IMG/VR virus record: IMGVR_UViG_3300027779_002128
Coordinates: 1-64,000 of that record
Direction: 5' to 3' (one strand)
Source: a virus
Length of the DNA: 64,000 bases
Below the pieces are notes generated by a model. The model saw only the letters and a program-made list of their open reading frames with translations. It was not told the DNA's origin and searched no databases. Below are positions 9,426 through 18,819 of the stretch, piece after piece. A program made the translations under genes and the position numbers. The first letter of the stretch is position 1. Each line of letters begins with the position of its first letter.

Positions 9426-10407
9426 TTACCTCCGTGTCTGCATTATGTCTCTTAGGAATAATAATATCCGTTCCACACATGCAATGATACTTGGTGCATG
9501 TAATTGTTCTTGGCCCTACTCTGCTTATGTCATCTAGTATGTGGCCTACTTGTCCACTTAGTCCGCAACTTGCCAGACTCACTTCACCTACAGGAGATAT
9601 GAATACACAGTCACCTATGTCGCAACTCCAACCTGTAAAGAAGTTTTGCCTTTGAACAATAACATCGTTACTGTTGCAAACTGCTTCAGTGCCATCTTCG
9701 GTTAGTGTATAACTTGCAGTACCGCTCTCATGTTTGAAAGGATTTTCAATAGTACTTTCTTGTTCAGTTGAATGCTGTTCTATAAATTCTGTTTTCTTAA
9801 GATCCTTATATTCCCATGGACCAGCATTCACACTTAGCTCGTCGTACAGCGGAGTCCACTCTATAAAGTAGTTAGGCATAACTTTTTTTAAGTGCTCGCC
9901 AAATGCTACACATTCCCAGAACCTTTCATCGTGTAATAATATTTTTGAACTAAGGTAGTTTAGTTTGTCACATAAGTATATACTTGTTTCTGCGTACTGT
10001 TCTTTCTTTGATTGCTCAACATGGAAACTTGCAACAACATCATCAAACAAGTGTAAGTGTTTCTCCCACCATGCTCTTGGCCTACTTAAATTTGTGTTAA
10101 TAGCAATAGTGCATTCGGGTAGTACATTTTTTAAATGTTCACAGATAGGAATAAAGTTTTTCCATGCTGTTGGTTCACCGCCACTAAAGAAAAACTTAAA
10201 GTGCTTATAGTCTTGTGTCTTATACTTTGCAATAATCTTATCTAAGTTTTCTATATATTTTTCTAGGTTACCTTCGTTAGGACTATCTCCAATCCAGTTG
10301 CCAGGGTTGCAGTATGTACAACTAAAGTTACAGAAATTGTTTACCTGCCAGGTTACACTAAGGTACTTCTCAGGTGCTGAGATCTCTACTAGTTTCTTTG
10401 ACACCAT
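9406..10407 (-). CDS. Radical SAM enzyme with C-terminal Cys-rich (SPASM/Twitch-like) tail
   Basis: CNFSCTYC, SGGEP, NTNLS; C-terminal CDIG..C...SC...CTKYHCMC. Confidence 0.88.
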   Translation of the reverse strand: MVSKKLVEISAPEKYLSVTWQVNNFCNFSCTYCNPGNWIGDSPNEGNLEKYIENLDKIIAKYKTQDYKHFKFFFSGGEPTAWKNFIPICEHLKNVLPECTIAINTNLSRPRAWWEKHLHLFDDVVASFHVEQSKKEQYAETSIYLCDKLNYLSSKILLHDERFWECVAFGEHLKKVMPNYFIEWTPLYDELSVNAGPWEYKDLKKTEFIEQHSTEQESTIENPFKHESGTASYTLTEDGTEAVCNSNDVIVQRQNFFTGWSCDIGDCVFISPVGEVSLASCGLSGQVGHILDDISRVGPRTITCTKYHCMCGTDIIIPKRHNADTEVIAVGID

Positions 10408-11672
10408 TCGTAAACCTCATGTAATTGTGGGATGACGCTAATCATATTTTCATCTCGGATCATATCATATTCATCGTTGTTATCGAAAAACTCTAAAAGT
10501 TTTTCTTTGTTTTCTTTTCCTGTCCACAGCGTTTGGACTAACATCTTAAAGTCATTCCTTAAGTCTGTATCTTCCTCTGCATGGAACTTGCCTATGTAAT
10601 GTTTTAGTTCTTTTATTATTTCTAGTCTAATAGCATTAGGTAATATTTGTATTGCCGCAAAGTCTGGGTATGTTAATACATTAACACGTGGTGGCAGTTC
10701 TCTACTTACAAACCCATTCTCATACATCCAATCATACATCTCACCATAGTTAAATATATTCCATATGCTTATAGTTGGAGTAATACCTACTTTAATATGC
10801 GGTGCTTTCTCTTTAATTGTAAGCATGTTGTTTTGTACTTTGTTCCAATTAAATCCCTTACGAATAAGTTCTCCTTGCTCACCAATTGAATCGATACTAG
10901 CCCATATCTCCATCTTAGGAAAATGGCTCCACAGTTCAATTAAGTCTCTGCCCTTATGGGATATCTTACTCATGTTAGTTGTATAGTTTAACTGTATGTT
11001 CTTCGCTAAGTCGTTTTCAATCCAGTAGTCTAAGCACTCATAGTGTTCAGGTGTTACTAGAATCTCGCCACCAGCAAAGTAACATTCCTCTACATCATCT
11101 AAGTAAGGTCTTAACTTATCCATGAACGAACCATCTGCGTTATTAGATATTAATGTTTTTGCTTTCTTATCATCTTCATGACCGAAACGTGTAATGAATA
11201 CATGCTCTTCAATCATCTTTAATTTTTCTTCACCATGCAAGTTTGAACAAGCAGGCCCACAACTACGACACTTAAAGTTACAGATATTACTAAAACGTAT
11301 GTCCATGTACTTTAACTTAAACTCGTCTATGCTACCATCACTGTTAGTTGACTCTATCATGTCTATATTATCTTTACCACGAACCATATTTTGACTTTGT
11401 CTTAAGGTCCATGTACCGTTATCTTCTAGTTCATAGCACCTAGAACATGCTTCATACGGTTCGTCATTGAGCATAGCATTACGCATTTTCTTATACTCAT
11501 CGGAGTTCATCATATCTAAAATGGACTCGCCTTCTTTTAGTTCACTAACCGGAGCATCACTATCAGCAACACAACACGGCATAACTTGTTTGTTTGGCCA
11601 TGCGTGGAAATGTATCCACGGTAGAACACAAAAATGTTTGCTGTCTTTTACTAGTTGTTTTGCTGTTTTCAT
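10389..11672 (-). CDS. Radical SAM enzyme with N-terminal Twitch domain
   Basis: FCVLPW..PCC..CSRC followed by CNFKCRSC, AGGE, YTTN, SID. Confidence 0.88.
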   Translation of the reverse strand: MKTAKQLVKDSKHFCVLPWIHFHAWPNKQVMPCCVADSDAPVSELKEGESILDMMNSDEYKKMRNAMLNDEPYEACSRCYELEDNGTWTLRQSQNMVRGKDNIDMIESTNSDGSIDEFKLKYMDIRFSNICNFKCRSCGPACSNLHGEEKLKMIEEHVFITRFGHEDDKKAKTLISNNADGSFMDKLRPYLDDVEECYFAGGEILVTPEHYECLDYWIENDLAKNIQLNYTTNMSKISHKGRDLIELWSHFPKMEIWASIDSIGEQGELIRKGFNWNKVQNNMLTIKEKAPHIKVGITPTISIWNIFNYGEMYDWMYENGFVSRELPPRVNVLTYPDFAAIQILPNAIRLEIIKELKHYIGKFHAEEDTDLRNDFKMLVQTLWTGKENKEKLLEFFDNNDEYDMIRDENMISVIPQLHEVYEWCQRN

Positions 11673-12916
11673 TATTTTCCCTGTAACCTTCTTAACTCAG
11701 GAAATGTTTTAAAGAAGTCTTCGCCTCTTATATCATCTAACCTAAATGTATTCTTGAAGAAGTCTTCCTTACATTCTTCCCAATTATCTTCACCATCAGC
11801 AAAGTCGGCCGCACTATTAGTTATCCGATCTATGCATCCTTTGTTACCTTTAAAGAAACTTCTTACATTCTCTCCAGCAACCTTCTTCAACGCACTAGGC
11901 ATTGCTTTTGCACTATAGTACTTAGGATTATCACATAAGTATAATGTGTGGTACCAATCATGATCAAAGTCTACTAGTCCTTGTAGTCTCATGTATTCAT
12001 AAAACTCAGGTATTGTCGCATAGTTCATTATACTGAATACTGTATTGATTTGGAAGTTCACATAATCAAGTGCTTTAAATGTTTTTAAGTTCTCTTCAAC
12101 CTTGCCCCAATTAGTTCCTGACCGCATTAGTTCAGCACGGTCTCCATAATGGTCAACTGAACAACTTAATTCTATGTTGTCAAAGTGTTTCCAAAGTTCT
12201 AATATATCATACTGCTTGTAGCTCAGTGTACTAGCATTTGTATTGTAACGCAATGTTACATCAGTCCTGCCTTTGCGTATCATGTCCTCTAGTATAACAT
12301 AATGCTCAGGAGTAATCAACGGTTCGCCACCAGCGAAGTAAGCCAGGTCTATATGTTCAACTTGATCTAATATCTCTTCTAGTACAGTTCCTTCGTTATC
12401 GTCAACGTGTATAATAATAGGTCCATCTGGATTATAAGTTTTCTTATCCTCCAATGCCCATTGCGAACTAAACTCTGTTCCACAACTACGACATTTAAAG
12501 TTACATATATTACTAAACCTTATATCAAAGTATTTCATTTTAAGTTCGTCTACATGTCCATCGGTGTGCGTCATTGCCAATGATTCATCGAATGAGTCAG
12601 AGAAGTTATCCATGCTGTATGTACGGAAGCTATGTGGGCCAGCCTTTTCATGACTATAACAAAAGTTACATATCTCAGACTTCTTACCTGCTAACATATT
12701 TAATCGTAAGTCTTTCATGTAGTCTGTGTTGAATGCTTCTTTAAGGCTCATGTCTCTAGCATTACCAATTGGATTAGTATAGTCGTTACTACAACAAGGG
12801 TATATGTCTCCTTTAGGTGTTGCATTCAAGTGTACCCAAGGGAACATACAAAACGTTTTACTATCTGTAAGCAATGCTTCTTTGTCTAAGTCCTGTAGTT
12901 TTATGTAATCACTCAT
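11672..12916 (-). CDS. Radical SAM enzyme with N-terminal Twitch domain
   Basis: FCMFPW..PCC..CNFC; CNFKCRSC; AGGEP; YNTN. Confidence 0.88.
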   Translation of the reverse strand: MSDYIKLQDLDKEALLTDSKTFCMFPWVHLNATPKGDIYPCCSNDYTNPIGNARDMSLKEAFNTDYMKDLRLNMLAGKKSEICNFCYSHEKAGPHSFRTYSMDNFSDSFDESLAMTHTDGHVDELKMKYFDIRFSNICNFKCRSCGTEFSSQWALEDKKTYNPDGPIIIHVDDNEGTVLEEILDQVEHIDLAYFAGGEPLITPEHYVILEDMIRKGRTDVTLRYNTNASTLSYKQYDILELWKHFDNIELSCSVDHYGDRAELMRSGTNWGKVEENLKTFKALDYVNFQINTVFSIMNYATIPEFYEYMRLQGLVDFDHDWYHTLYLCDNPKYYSAKAMPSALKKVAGENVRSFFKGNKGCIDRITNSAADFADGEDNWEECKEDFFKNTFRLDDIRGEDFFKTFPELRRLQGK

Positions 12917-14192
12917 ATAAATTTCTCAGTTCAGGAAACACTTCTACAAAACTTTCATTCCTTAATTTATCTAGCCTAGTAGTTTCTGCAACAAACTCAG
13001 CCCTAACATTATTAAAATCAGTACCAGAAGAGTCAACCAAATCAGGAAACGCAATTATATTTGATATTGTGTTTTTAAAATCATACTGTCTCTTTTTGTA
13101 TGTTAATATTAGTCTGTCATTACTGCTAACATATTTTACTATATTTTCTATGCCTTGTCTACCTTTATCTTTTAATTCTTGCGGTAAGTTAAACACACTA
13201 ATCCATTCAGGATTAGATACAGGATTCAGTTGCCAGTCGCCTCCAGGCATAAGTCCTGTGCTTAACATTTTCTTATAAAATTCTTCTAGTGTAGTATAGT
13301 TTAACATACTAACAGTTGAACTAATTTGTAAATTAACATTAGGCTCTAGTAATAATGTTTTAATATTTGCTTCTATATCCTTCCACTTAGTTCCACTTCT
13401 AATATATTCTGCTCTGTCGTCACAGTGATCAATACTACTGTAAATATTTACAGGATGATCAAACTGTTCCCACAGCTCTAATACGTTATACTTTTTAAAC
13501 TTTAGTTTACTTAGGTTAGTGTTGTAACTTAGTTTAACATCAGCTCTACCTTGCTTAATTAATTCTTCGAGCATCTTGTAATGGTAGTCGTCAACTAACG
13601 GCTCCCCACCAGCAAAGTAACATTCTTCCATGTACGGTATGTGCTCTAGCAACTCGTCAAATATATCTTTGTTACGTTCAGGCATCATATCTGTTGTTAA
13701 GTTTATGCCTTGCTTCTTATCTTCGGCTTCCCACAAACTACTATAGCCAGAGTTACAAGAACGGCACTTCATATTACATACGTGGCTAAGTCTAAAGTCA
13801 AAATATTTCATTTCAAAATCTGCTAAGTGACCGTCTCTTGCTGTACGCCTTAAGACTTTCTTTTTCCATTTGCCATACTTCTCATTTGCAGTATTCCTAA
13901 AACTATATGTGCCAGTGCCACTGTCTTCTATCTTATGACAGCCATTACATACTTCGTGCCTCTTACCTGCTATCATGTCTAGTCGTAATTGTTTCATGAA
14001 GTCTGAATTAACCATTTCTTCAATTGACAAATTCTTTCTCCCTATAGAATGAGAATACTTCATGTTGCCAATACAACATGGCAATGGCTTACCATCAGGA
14101 GTTACATGCATATGAACAAATGGTAACATGCAAAATGCATTGTTGTCCTTTGAATGTGGAATGTAGTTATCTATGTGATTCTTTTTTGGCAT
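12909..14192 (-). CDS. Radical SAM enzyme with N-terminal Twitch domain
   Basis: FCMLPF..PCC..CNGC; CNMKCRSC; AGGEP; YNTN. Confidence 0.88.
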   Translation of the reverse strand: MPKKNHIDNYIPHSKDNNAFCMLPFVHMHVTPDGKPLPCCIGNMKYSHSIGRKNLSIEEMVNSDFMKQLRLDMIAGKRHEVCNGCHKIEDSGTGTYSFRNTANEKYGKWKKKVLRRTARDGHLADFEMKYFDFRLSHVCNMKCRSCNSGYSSLWEAEDKKQGINLTTDMMPERNKDIFDELLEHIPYMEECYFAGGEPLVDDYHYKMLEELIKQGRADVKLSYNTNLSKLKFKKYNVLELWEQFDHPVNIYSSIDHCDDRAEYIRSGTKWKDIEANIKTLLLEPNVNLQISSTVSMLNYTTLEEFYKKMLSTGLMPGGDWQLNPVSNPEWISVFNLPQELKDKGRQGIENIVKYVSSNDRLILTYKKRQYDFKNTISNIIAFPDLVDSSGTDFNNVRAEFVAETTRLDKLRNESFVEVFPELRNLYE

Positions 14193-15634
14193 TACTTTAC
14201 TTCTACTAATTGTATATCGCTGGCATTAAGTTCACCGCACATGTTATAAAAGCCTTCCATCTCTGGGAAAGTCTCTAGGAAGTTTGTGTCTCTACGTCTG
14301 TCGTACTCGTTAAACCATTTGTAGAAATCAATTCTACCTCTGCGTATTTTCTCATCGTCGTACGGTGTGGTAGCAAAATAATCTCTTACTCGTCTAAAAC
14401 GTTCATACTCTAATTCACTAAACATTGTTCTATCATCTTCAACAAGGTTGTCCTTAACAAAAGATAAGATGTCATCGAAGTAAGGTAAGAACTCTTCTTT
14501 AGGTAATATGTGCATGTCATACTGCAACGGTTCTTTGAGGTACGGTGTATCAAATCTAATCTTTCTTACGTTAGGTTCACTGCCTAAGTTATTTGGTATA
14601 ATGTCTTCGTACGTCTTGCGCCACTCTAATACTTTTTTCAAGTACTCTTTAAATGTTGTAACACTTAGCACATTGAATGTTACCATGTGTGTTATATGAC
14701 TTTTAACGCCACGCAAGTATATGTCTTGATTCTTTTCCCAAAGTTCAATGTCTAAACCTGTTCTAATATATTCAGCACGTTTGCCCCATGTATCAATGGA
14801 ACTAAACATTTTAAAGCCACGTATTTTATTGTTCTCTGTTAGTTCTTTAACTACTTCTACTAATCTCTCTACACGTCTGCTAGTGTATCCTAAGTTAGTG
14901 TTAACGTTAATTTCTATATTTGGCTTTGGGTTCTCACTAAGTTCTTCGAACAGTCTCCAAGTAGTTTTATGCAAGATCGGTTCGCCGCCTGTTATCCTAA
15001 GTATGTTTAATGTTTCGCTTACCTCAGGCCACCACTTCCACCATGCTTCGACGTACGGAGAATCCTCATCGTAAATATCAAACCAGTCTATGTCAGCTTG
15101 GTGATTGCTAACCATATTGTACGGACCATGCTTCTTAATCTCTGCTCTATATAAGCTACTATGCATTGGATGACAGTACCCACACTTAAAGTTACACTCG
15201 TTACTGAATGCAATTTCTACATACTCTGGATTAATTTTATAGTCAGGTGGATTATATATAATCTCATTTAATCTATCTTCTGTGTATATGCTACTGTTAC
15301 GAATATGCCTGTCCGAAACATGCTTCTCTTCGCCTTCAGCTTTGTTCTCATCCATCTCTTCTACGTTCCAGCAGTACTGACAGCCACTTGGCTTATCACC
15401 GTTGAGCATTTGAATACGTTCATCAATTTTCTGCGGTGTGTTATGTAGTACACTTGGGTCGTACTTTAATTCTTGTAAAGGTATGTCATGTGGCTTAGGG
15501 TGGTAGCAACTATGCGTCTGCCCTCTATGTAAGTAAATAGTTGTGTGGTGCCACTTAGCCAGACAGAATGTCTCACTAATCTCATTAGTAAGCAGTTCGT
15601 CTATTTCTTCTATTCGCCCTATTCTATCACTCAT
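14192..15634 (-). CDS. Radical SAM enzyme with divergent N-terminal Twitch domain
   Basis: FCLAKW..HSCYHP..CQYC; CNFKCGYC; TGGEP; NTNL. Confidence 0.85.
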   Translation of the reverse strand: MSDRIGRIEEIDELLTNEISETFCLAKWHHTTIYLHRGQTHSCYHPKPHDIPLQELKYDPSVLHNTPQKIDERIQMLNGDKPSGCQYCWNVEEMDENKAEGEEKHVSDRHIRNSSIYTEDRLNEIIYNPPDYKINPEYVEIAFSNECNFKCGYCHPMHSSLYRAEIKKHGPYNMVSNHQADIDWFDIYDEDSPYVEAWWKWWPEVSETLNILRITGGEPILHKTTWRLFEELSENPKPNIEINVNTNLGYTSRRVERLVEVVKELTENNKIRGFKMFSSIDTWGKRAEYIRTGLDIELWEKNQDIYLRGVKSHITHMVTFNVLSVTTFKEYLKKVLEWRKTYEDIIPNNLGSEPNVRKIRFDTPYLKEPLQYDMHILPKEEFLPYFDDILSFVKDNLVEDDRTMFSELEYERFRRVRDYFATTPYDDEKIRRGRIDFYKWFNEYDRRRDTNFLETFPEMEGFYNMCGELNASDIQLVEVK

Positions 15635-15646
15635 ATTATACCTAGT

Positions 15647-15670
15647 ATAGCAGGAGCGAACCCCTGCTAT
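15647..15670 (-). other. Intergenic RNA hairpin with UUCG tetraloop
   Basis: Minus-strand RNA AUAGCAGGGG-UUCG-CUCCUGCUAU (10-bp stem, one GU pair); no U-tract in the sense direction. Confidence 0.7.
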
Positions 15671-15676
15671 GTTTTA

Positions 15677-16987
15677 TTATCCCTGTTTAATTCTCGTATT
15701 ACCGTAATGCACAACCTTCACGCCTTCGATATTAGGAATCTGTCTCCACGGGTCTAACACAATACTACCGACTGGAAACTGTAACTCAGTTCCGTTGCCT
15801 GTAGAAACAGACAATGCTGTGTCGCAATCTGTTCTATTATGTTTGCCGTTGTACCATCCTGGTACGTTATCTAGTTGGTCACCATAAGTGATACCTGGAT
15901 TGTGTGCTAGTAAGTATACTGCTGGCTCACTAAGTTTATCGTCTAACGGCACGTCACCAGTTTTCTCATCATAGTAATGTAATTCAAATCCTGCTTTTTG
16001 TATGTAGTGTCCTACTAGCATACTGGCCGAACCTGCATCATATTCTACTAAAGGCTTGTAAGCCTTACCGACTATAATGATTGGCAATCCGTTTACTATA
16101 TCACCTGCTAACTCCATTAAACGTTTTGCCATGTTCTCTGCTTGTACTTCTCGTGAAAGCATCACAGCATCAAACAAGTCGTAACCTAACCCTAAGTTCT
16201 CAGCCATCCACCGTAGTGCGATATTATCTCTTGGGTGACAAGCACCACCATCGCCCATACCCGGCTTCATATATCCAGGTCCCATGATACGTCTATCACT
16301 TGAAGCTAATGCATCACAAACAACTTCCGCGTTTATGTTACCTTGCTTTTCTGCAACGTCTTGAATCATATTTACTAAGGATACTTTTGCTGATATAAAT
16401 GTATTGTAAAATACTTTAATGCACTCACATTCATCCCAGGTACCTATAATATACCTTGGATCGTTCTGCATTATTGTTTTATAAAAGTCTACAAGTTGTT
16501 TTGCATCACCTGTTTCACTTCCATCTGCGGTTCCAATCATTACCATTTCTGGATTAACCATATCCCATTTTACTGTACCCATTGCAATTAAGTATGGGTT
16601 GTAAATAAAACGAGCATTAGTTAAGAGTGGAATAAACTCACGTCTAACAGTACCTGGTAGTACTGTGCTAATAAGGACTATTAGTTGTTCATTGGTTGCT
16701 ACCGCATTTACTTTCCTAAGGATATCTTTAACTATACTGTAATCGAAATCCTTATTAGGTAAATGGCTGGTAGGTGCTTTTCCATCATACTGTGGGTCAT
16801 GCGGTGTAGGCACAGCAACAAAGACAATTTCTTGTCCTCTTACTGCATCTTCCACTGTATCAACCATTGCAAAGTTTTCAGGCTCTACAGGGTTAATGTC
16901 AAACCCAACAACATCATGTACTTCAGCGACCATTTCGGCGCAGGCTTGTCCTAACTTGCCAACTCCGATAAATCCGACTGAGGCCAT
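15677..16987 (-). CDS. UDP-glucose/GDP-mannose dehydrogenase family
   Basis: GFIGVGKLG, AVPTP, STVLPGT, YNP, KVFYN, GGACHPRD (catalytic Cys); AGGAG RBS upstream. Confidence 0.92.
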   Translation of the reverse strand: MASVGFIGVGKLGQACAEMVAEVHDVVGFDINPVEPENFAMVDTVEDAVRGQEIVFVAVPTPHDPQYDGKAPTSHLPNKDFDYSIVKDILRKVNAVATNEQLIVLISTVLPGTVRREFIPLLTNARFIYNPYLIAMGTVKWDMVNPEMVMIGTADGSETGDAKQLVDFYKTIMQNDPRYIIGTWDECECIKVFYNTFISAKVSLVNMIQDVAEKQGNINAEVVCDALASSDRRIMGPGYMKPGMGDGGACHPRDNIALRWMAENLGLGYDLFDAVMLSREVQAENMAKRLMELAGDIVNGLPIIIVGKAYKPLVEYDAGSASMLVGHYIQKAGFELHYYDEKTGDVPLDDKLSEPAVYLLAHNPGITYGDQLDNVPGWYNGKHNRTDCDTALSVSTGNGTELQFPVGSIVLDPWRQIPNIEGVKVVHYGNTRIKQG

Positions 16988-17027
16988 TTTTATCTCCTGT
17001 TGTTAGTAGTATTTTTAAACTACGCTG

Positions 17028-17819
17028 TTATTTATCAGGATTGAATTCAGGTTTTATATGTATTTGGTTAGCTTCATATAGAATATTCATGCTGTTCCAG
17101 AAGTCGTAAAATTGTTGAGGGGTAAGTATGCAAGGATTATCGCTGTCGTCGTCACCTAAATATTTTTCAATAGAGACAACACCTTTGTATGCTACAGCAA
17201 TACCTGGGAATATTCCAGCTTCACGACTCTCGTATGCTATTGCAACATCAGGGAAAGCCTGTTGTAAATCATCTATGTGTGCTAGTTCAAGCTCTTCTAT
17301 TTTAGGCGGAAACTCGCTACTAGCATAGTATACAGTTAGTTTATCTCTACCTGACTCTTTATAATATCGCATAACATCATGTACATGCTGATGACTATAT
17401 ATAACATGATCAAAGTTATCTTTAGCATAGCGTATCAAGTCTTCAATCGGTTCTATAGCATCATAATGAAGTTTAAGTATGTGTGCATTGCAATGCTCGT
17501 TGACCCAGGCCGCGGCCTGATCATCAGTAACACTCCATATAAGCGGTATGCCAATATCTTTGCAAAAGTCTGTTATTGCTATTGCGTTGCTAGGAGTAAG
17601 TTCTGAACGTTTGGCTACATCAATGTATGCCATTGTCCCCCACTTACTTGCAATAGGAACATACTTTTTATTTTTAGGAACAGTTAATGTGGGTGTACTT
17701 TTACTAAGAACGATTGCATCGGCATTGCCTGTTGCGGCTGATACTACTCGTTGTTTTAATACCTCAATGTCGTTCTCATGCCCTATTCCGATATTTGCAT
17801 AAAGTTTAATTGCCACCAC
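17028..17819 (-). CDS. Degenerate NeuB (N-acetylneuraminate synthase)-family TIM-barrel protein
   Basis: Follows the NeuB pattern (ANIGIGH~AEIGINH, ADAI, EL..FC..IGI, S.FP..ELEL, IEKY~IEKH) but catalytic residues are substituted; no C-terminal SAF/AFP domain. Confidence 0.7.
   Translation of the reverse strand: MVAIKLYANIGIGHENDIEVLKQRVVSAATGNADAIVLSKSTPTLTVPKNKKYVPIASKWGTMAYIDVAKRSELTPSNAIAITDFCKDIGIPLIWSVTDDQAAAWVNEHCNAHILKLHYDAIEPIEDLIRYAKDNFDHVIYSHQHVHDVMRYYKESGRDKLTVYYASSEFPPKIEELELAHIDDLQQAFPDVAIAYESREAGIFPGIAVAYKGVVSIEKYLGDDDSDNPCILTPQQFYDFWNSMNILYEANQIHIKPEFNPDK
17029..17035 (-). promoter_or_regulatory. ATAAATA late-type promoter motif upstream of the dehydrogenase-radical SAM block
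   Basis: tatttat at 17029-17035 overlapping the stop of the NeuB-like gene, about 40 nt before ATG 16987. Confidence 0.55.
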
Positions 17820-18819
17820 CTATCAAGCCCTTCTCAAGCAAGTCTTGAATTTGTTTTTCTCTAATCATTACACCCCAGCGTTTAGGGTTAACAAATGTCT
17901 TCTTAAAGAACTCACACATCTTAGGGTCCGGATTAAACAACATCATTTGATTTACGTTGTCGTTAAGCCTATCACCTAGTTCACATACTTCGGTGTATAA
18001 TGCGTCCTTATCCCATAATAGTTTACTATACTTACATTTTTGATCAGCATTAGTATTAAAGTTAATAGCAACCTCATCATAGAAGAATGATTTAAACCAG
18101 TCATAGTCTGATATTAAATTAACCTCCCAGTCGCTAGTTACAGCCATCTCACAGCCTAGTCTTGCTCCATAGATAGCCCATAAGCCATTTTCTATATCAC
18201 TACCAATGTTGCACCATGTTTGTAGTCTATTATAATTTCCATACCATATTTTTTCTTGGAACTCGTCTGCCCTAACTCTCTTCCCTTGATCCAAACTCAT
18301 TTTAACACCTTCCCTAAACCCTGCTCTAAATGCCTGGAAAGGACTTGCTGTTTGGTGTACTTCTGAGAATGTGTCGTTAAGTTGTATGTAGTTTAACTTC
18401 CAACAAAACTCCATGCCCTCACCGTCATCCGATGCTTCATGGGTGCTAATTGTTTTAGTGTATTCCGTAGGCCAACATTTAAGTCCGCCGTTACCATATA
18501 CTAATCCATTTAAAATGTTTTTACCGTTCCAACTAAATATGCTCTGGCTAATATCGTTACCGTCATGATCAGTGTCTGGGAAGTCTAATGCTTGTTCAAA
18601 GAAGTCTGGCATAACAATGTTGTCGCCGTCTACTGTGATAAATCGTTCTGTTTCTGCTTGATTGGCGCATTCTTTATGTGCGGCATCAAACCCTTTAACG
18701 CCGTGTACTCGTTTAGCCCAAGGTACTTTGTTTAATAAGTCAGCCCAATGCTCTTCGCAATTAGGTTCGTCATATGAGATATAAAATATATCTAATTCTG
18801 TGACATCTTGTTTTGGCAT
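17806..18819 (-). CDS. GT-A-like putative glycosyltransferase
   Basis: ISYDEPN, HGVKG..AAH, VDGDN (DxD), YGNGG, AFRAGFRE. Confidence 0.55.
   Translation of the reverse strand: MPKQDVTELDIFYISYDEPNCEEHWADLLNKVPWAKRVHGVKGFDAAHKECANQAETERFITVDGDNIVMPDFFEQALDFPDTDHDGNDISQSIFSWNGKNILNGLVYGNGGLKCWPTEYTKTISTHEASDDGEGMEFCWKLNYIQLNDTFSEVHQTASPFQAFRAGFREGVKMSLDQGKRVRADEFQEKIWYGNYNRLQTWCNIGSDIENGLWAIYGARLGCEMAVTSDWEVNLISDYDWFKSFFYDEVAINFNTNADQKCKYSKLLWDKDALYTEVCELGDRLNDNVNQMMLFNPDPKMCEFFKKTFVNPKRWGVMIREKQIQDLLEKGLIGGGN

Noticed and set aside
9406-15634. RiPP cluster (SPASM-type peptide maturases)
   Set aside because: No obvious precursor peptide, RRE/PqqD domain, protease or exporter; the context is sugar enzymes. 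Not formally excluded.
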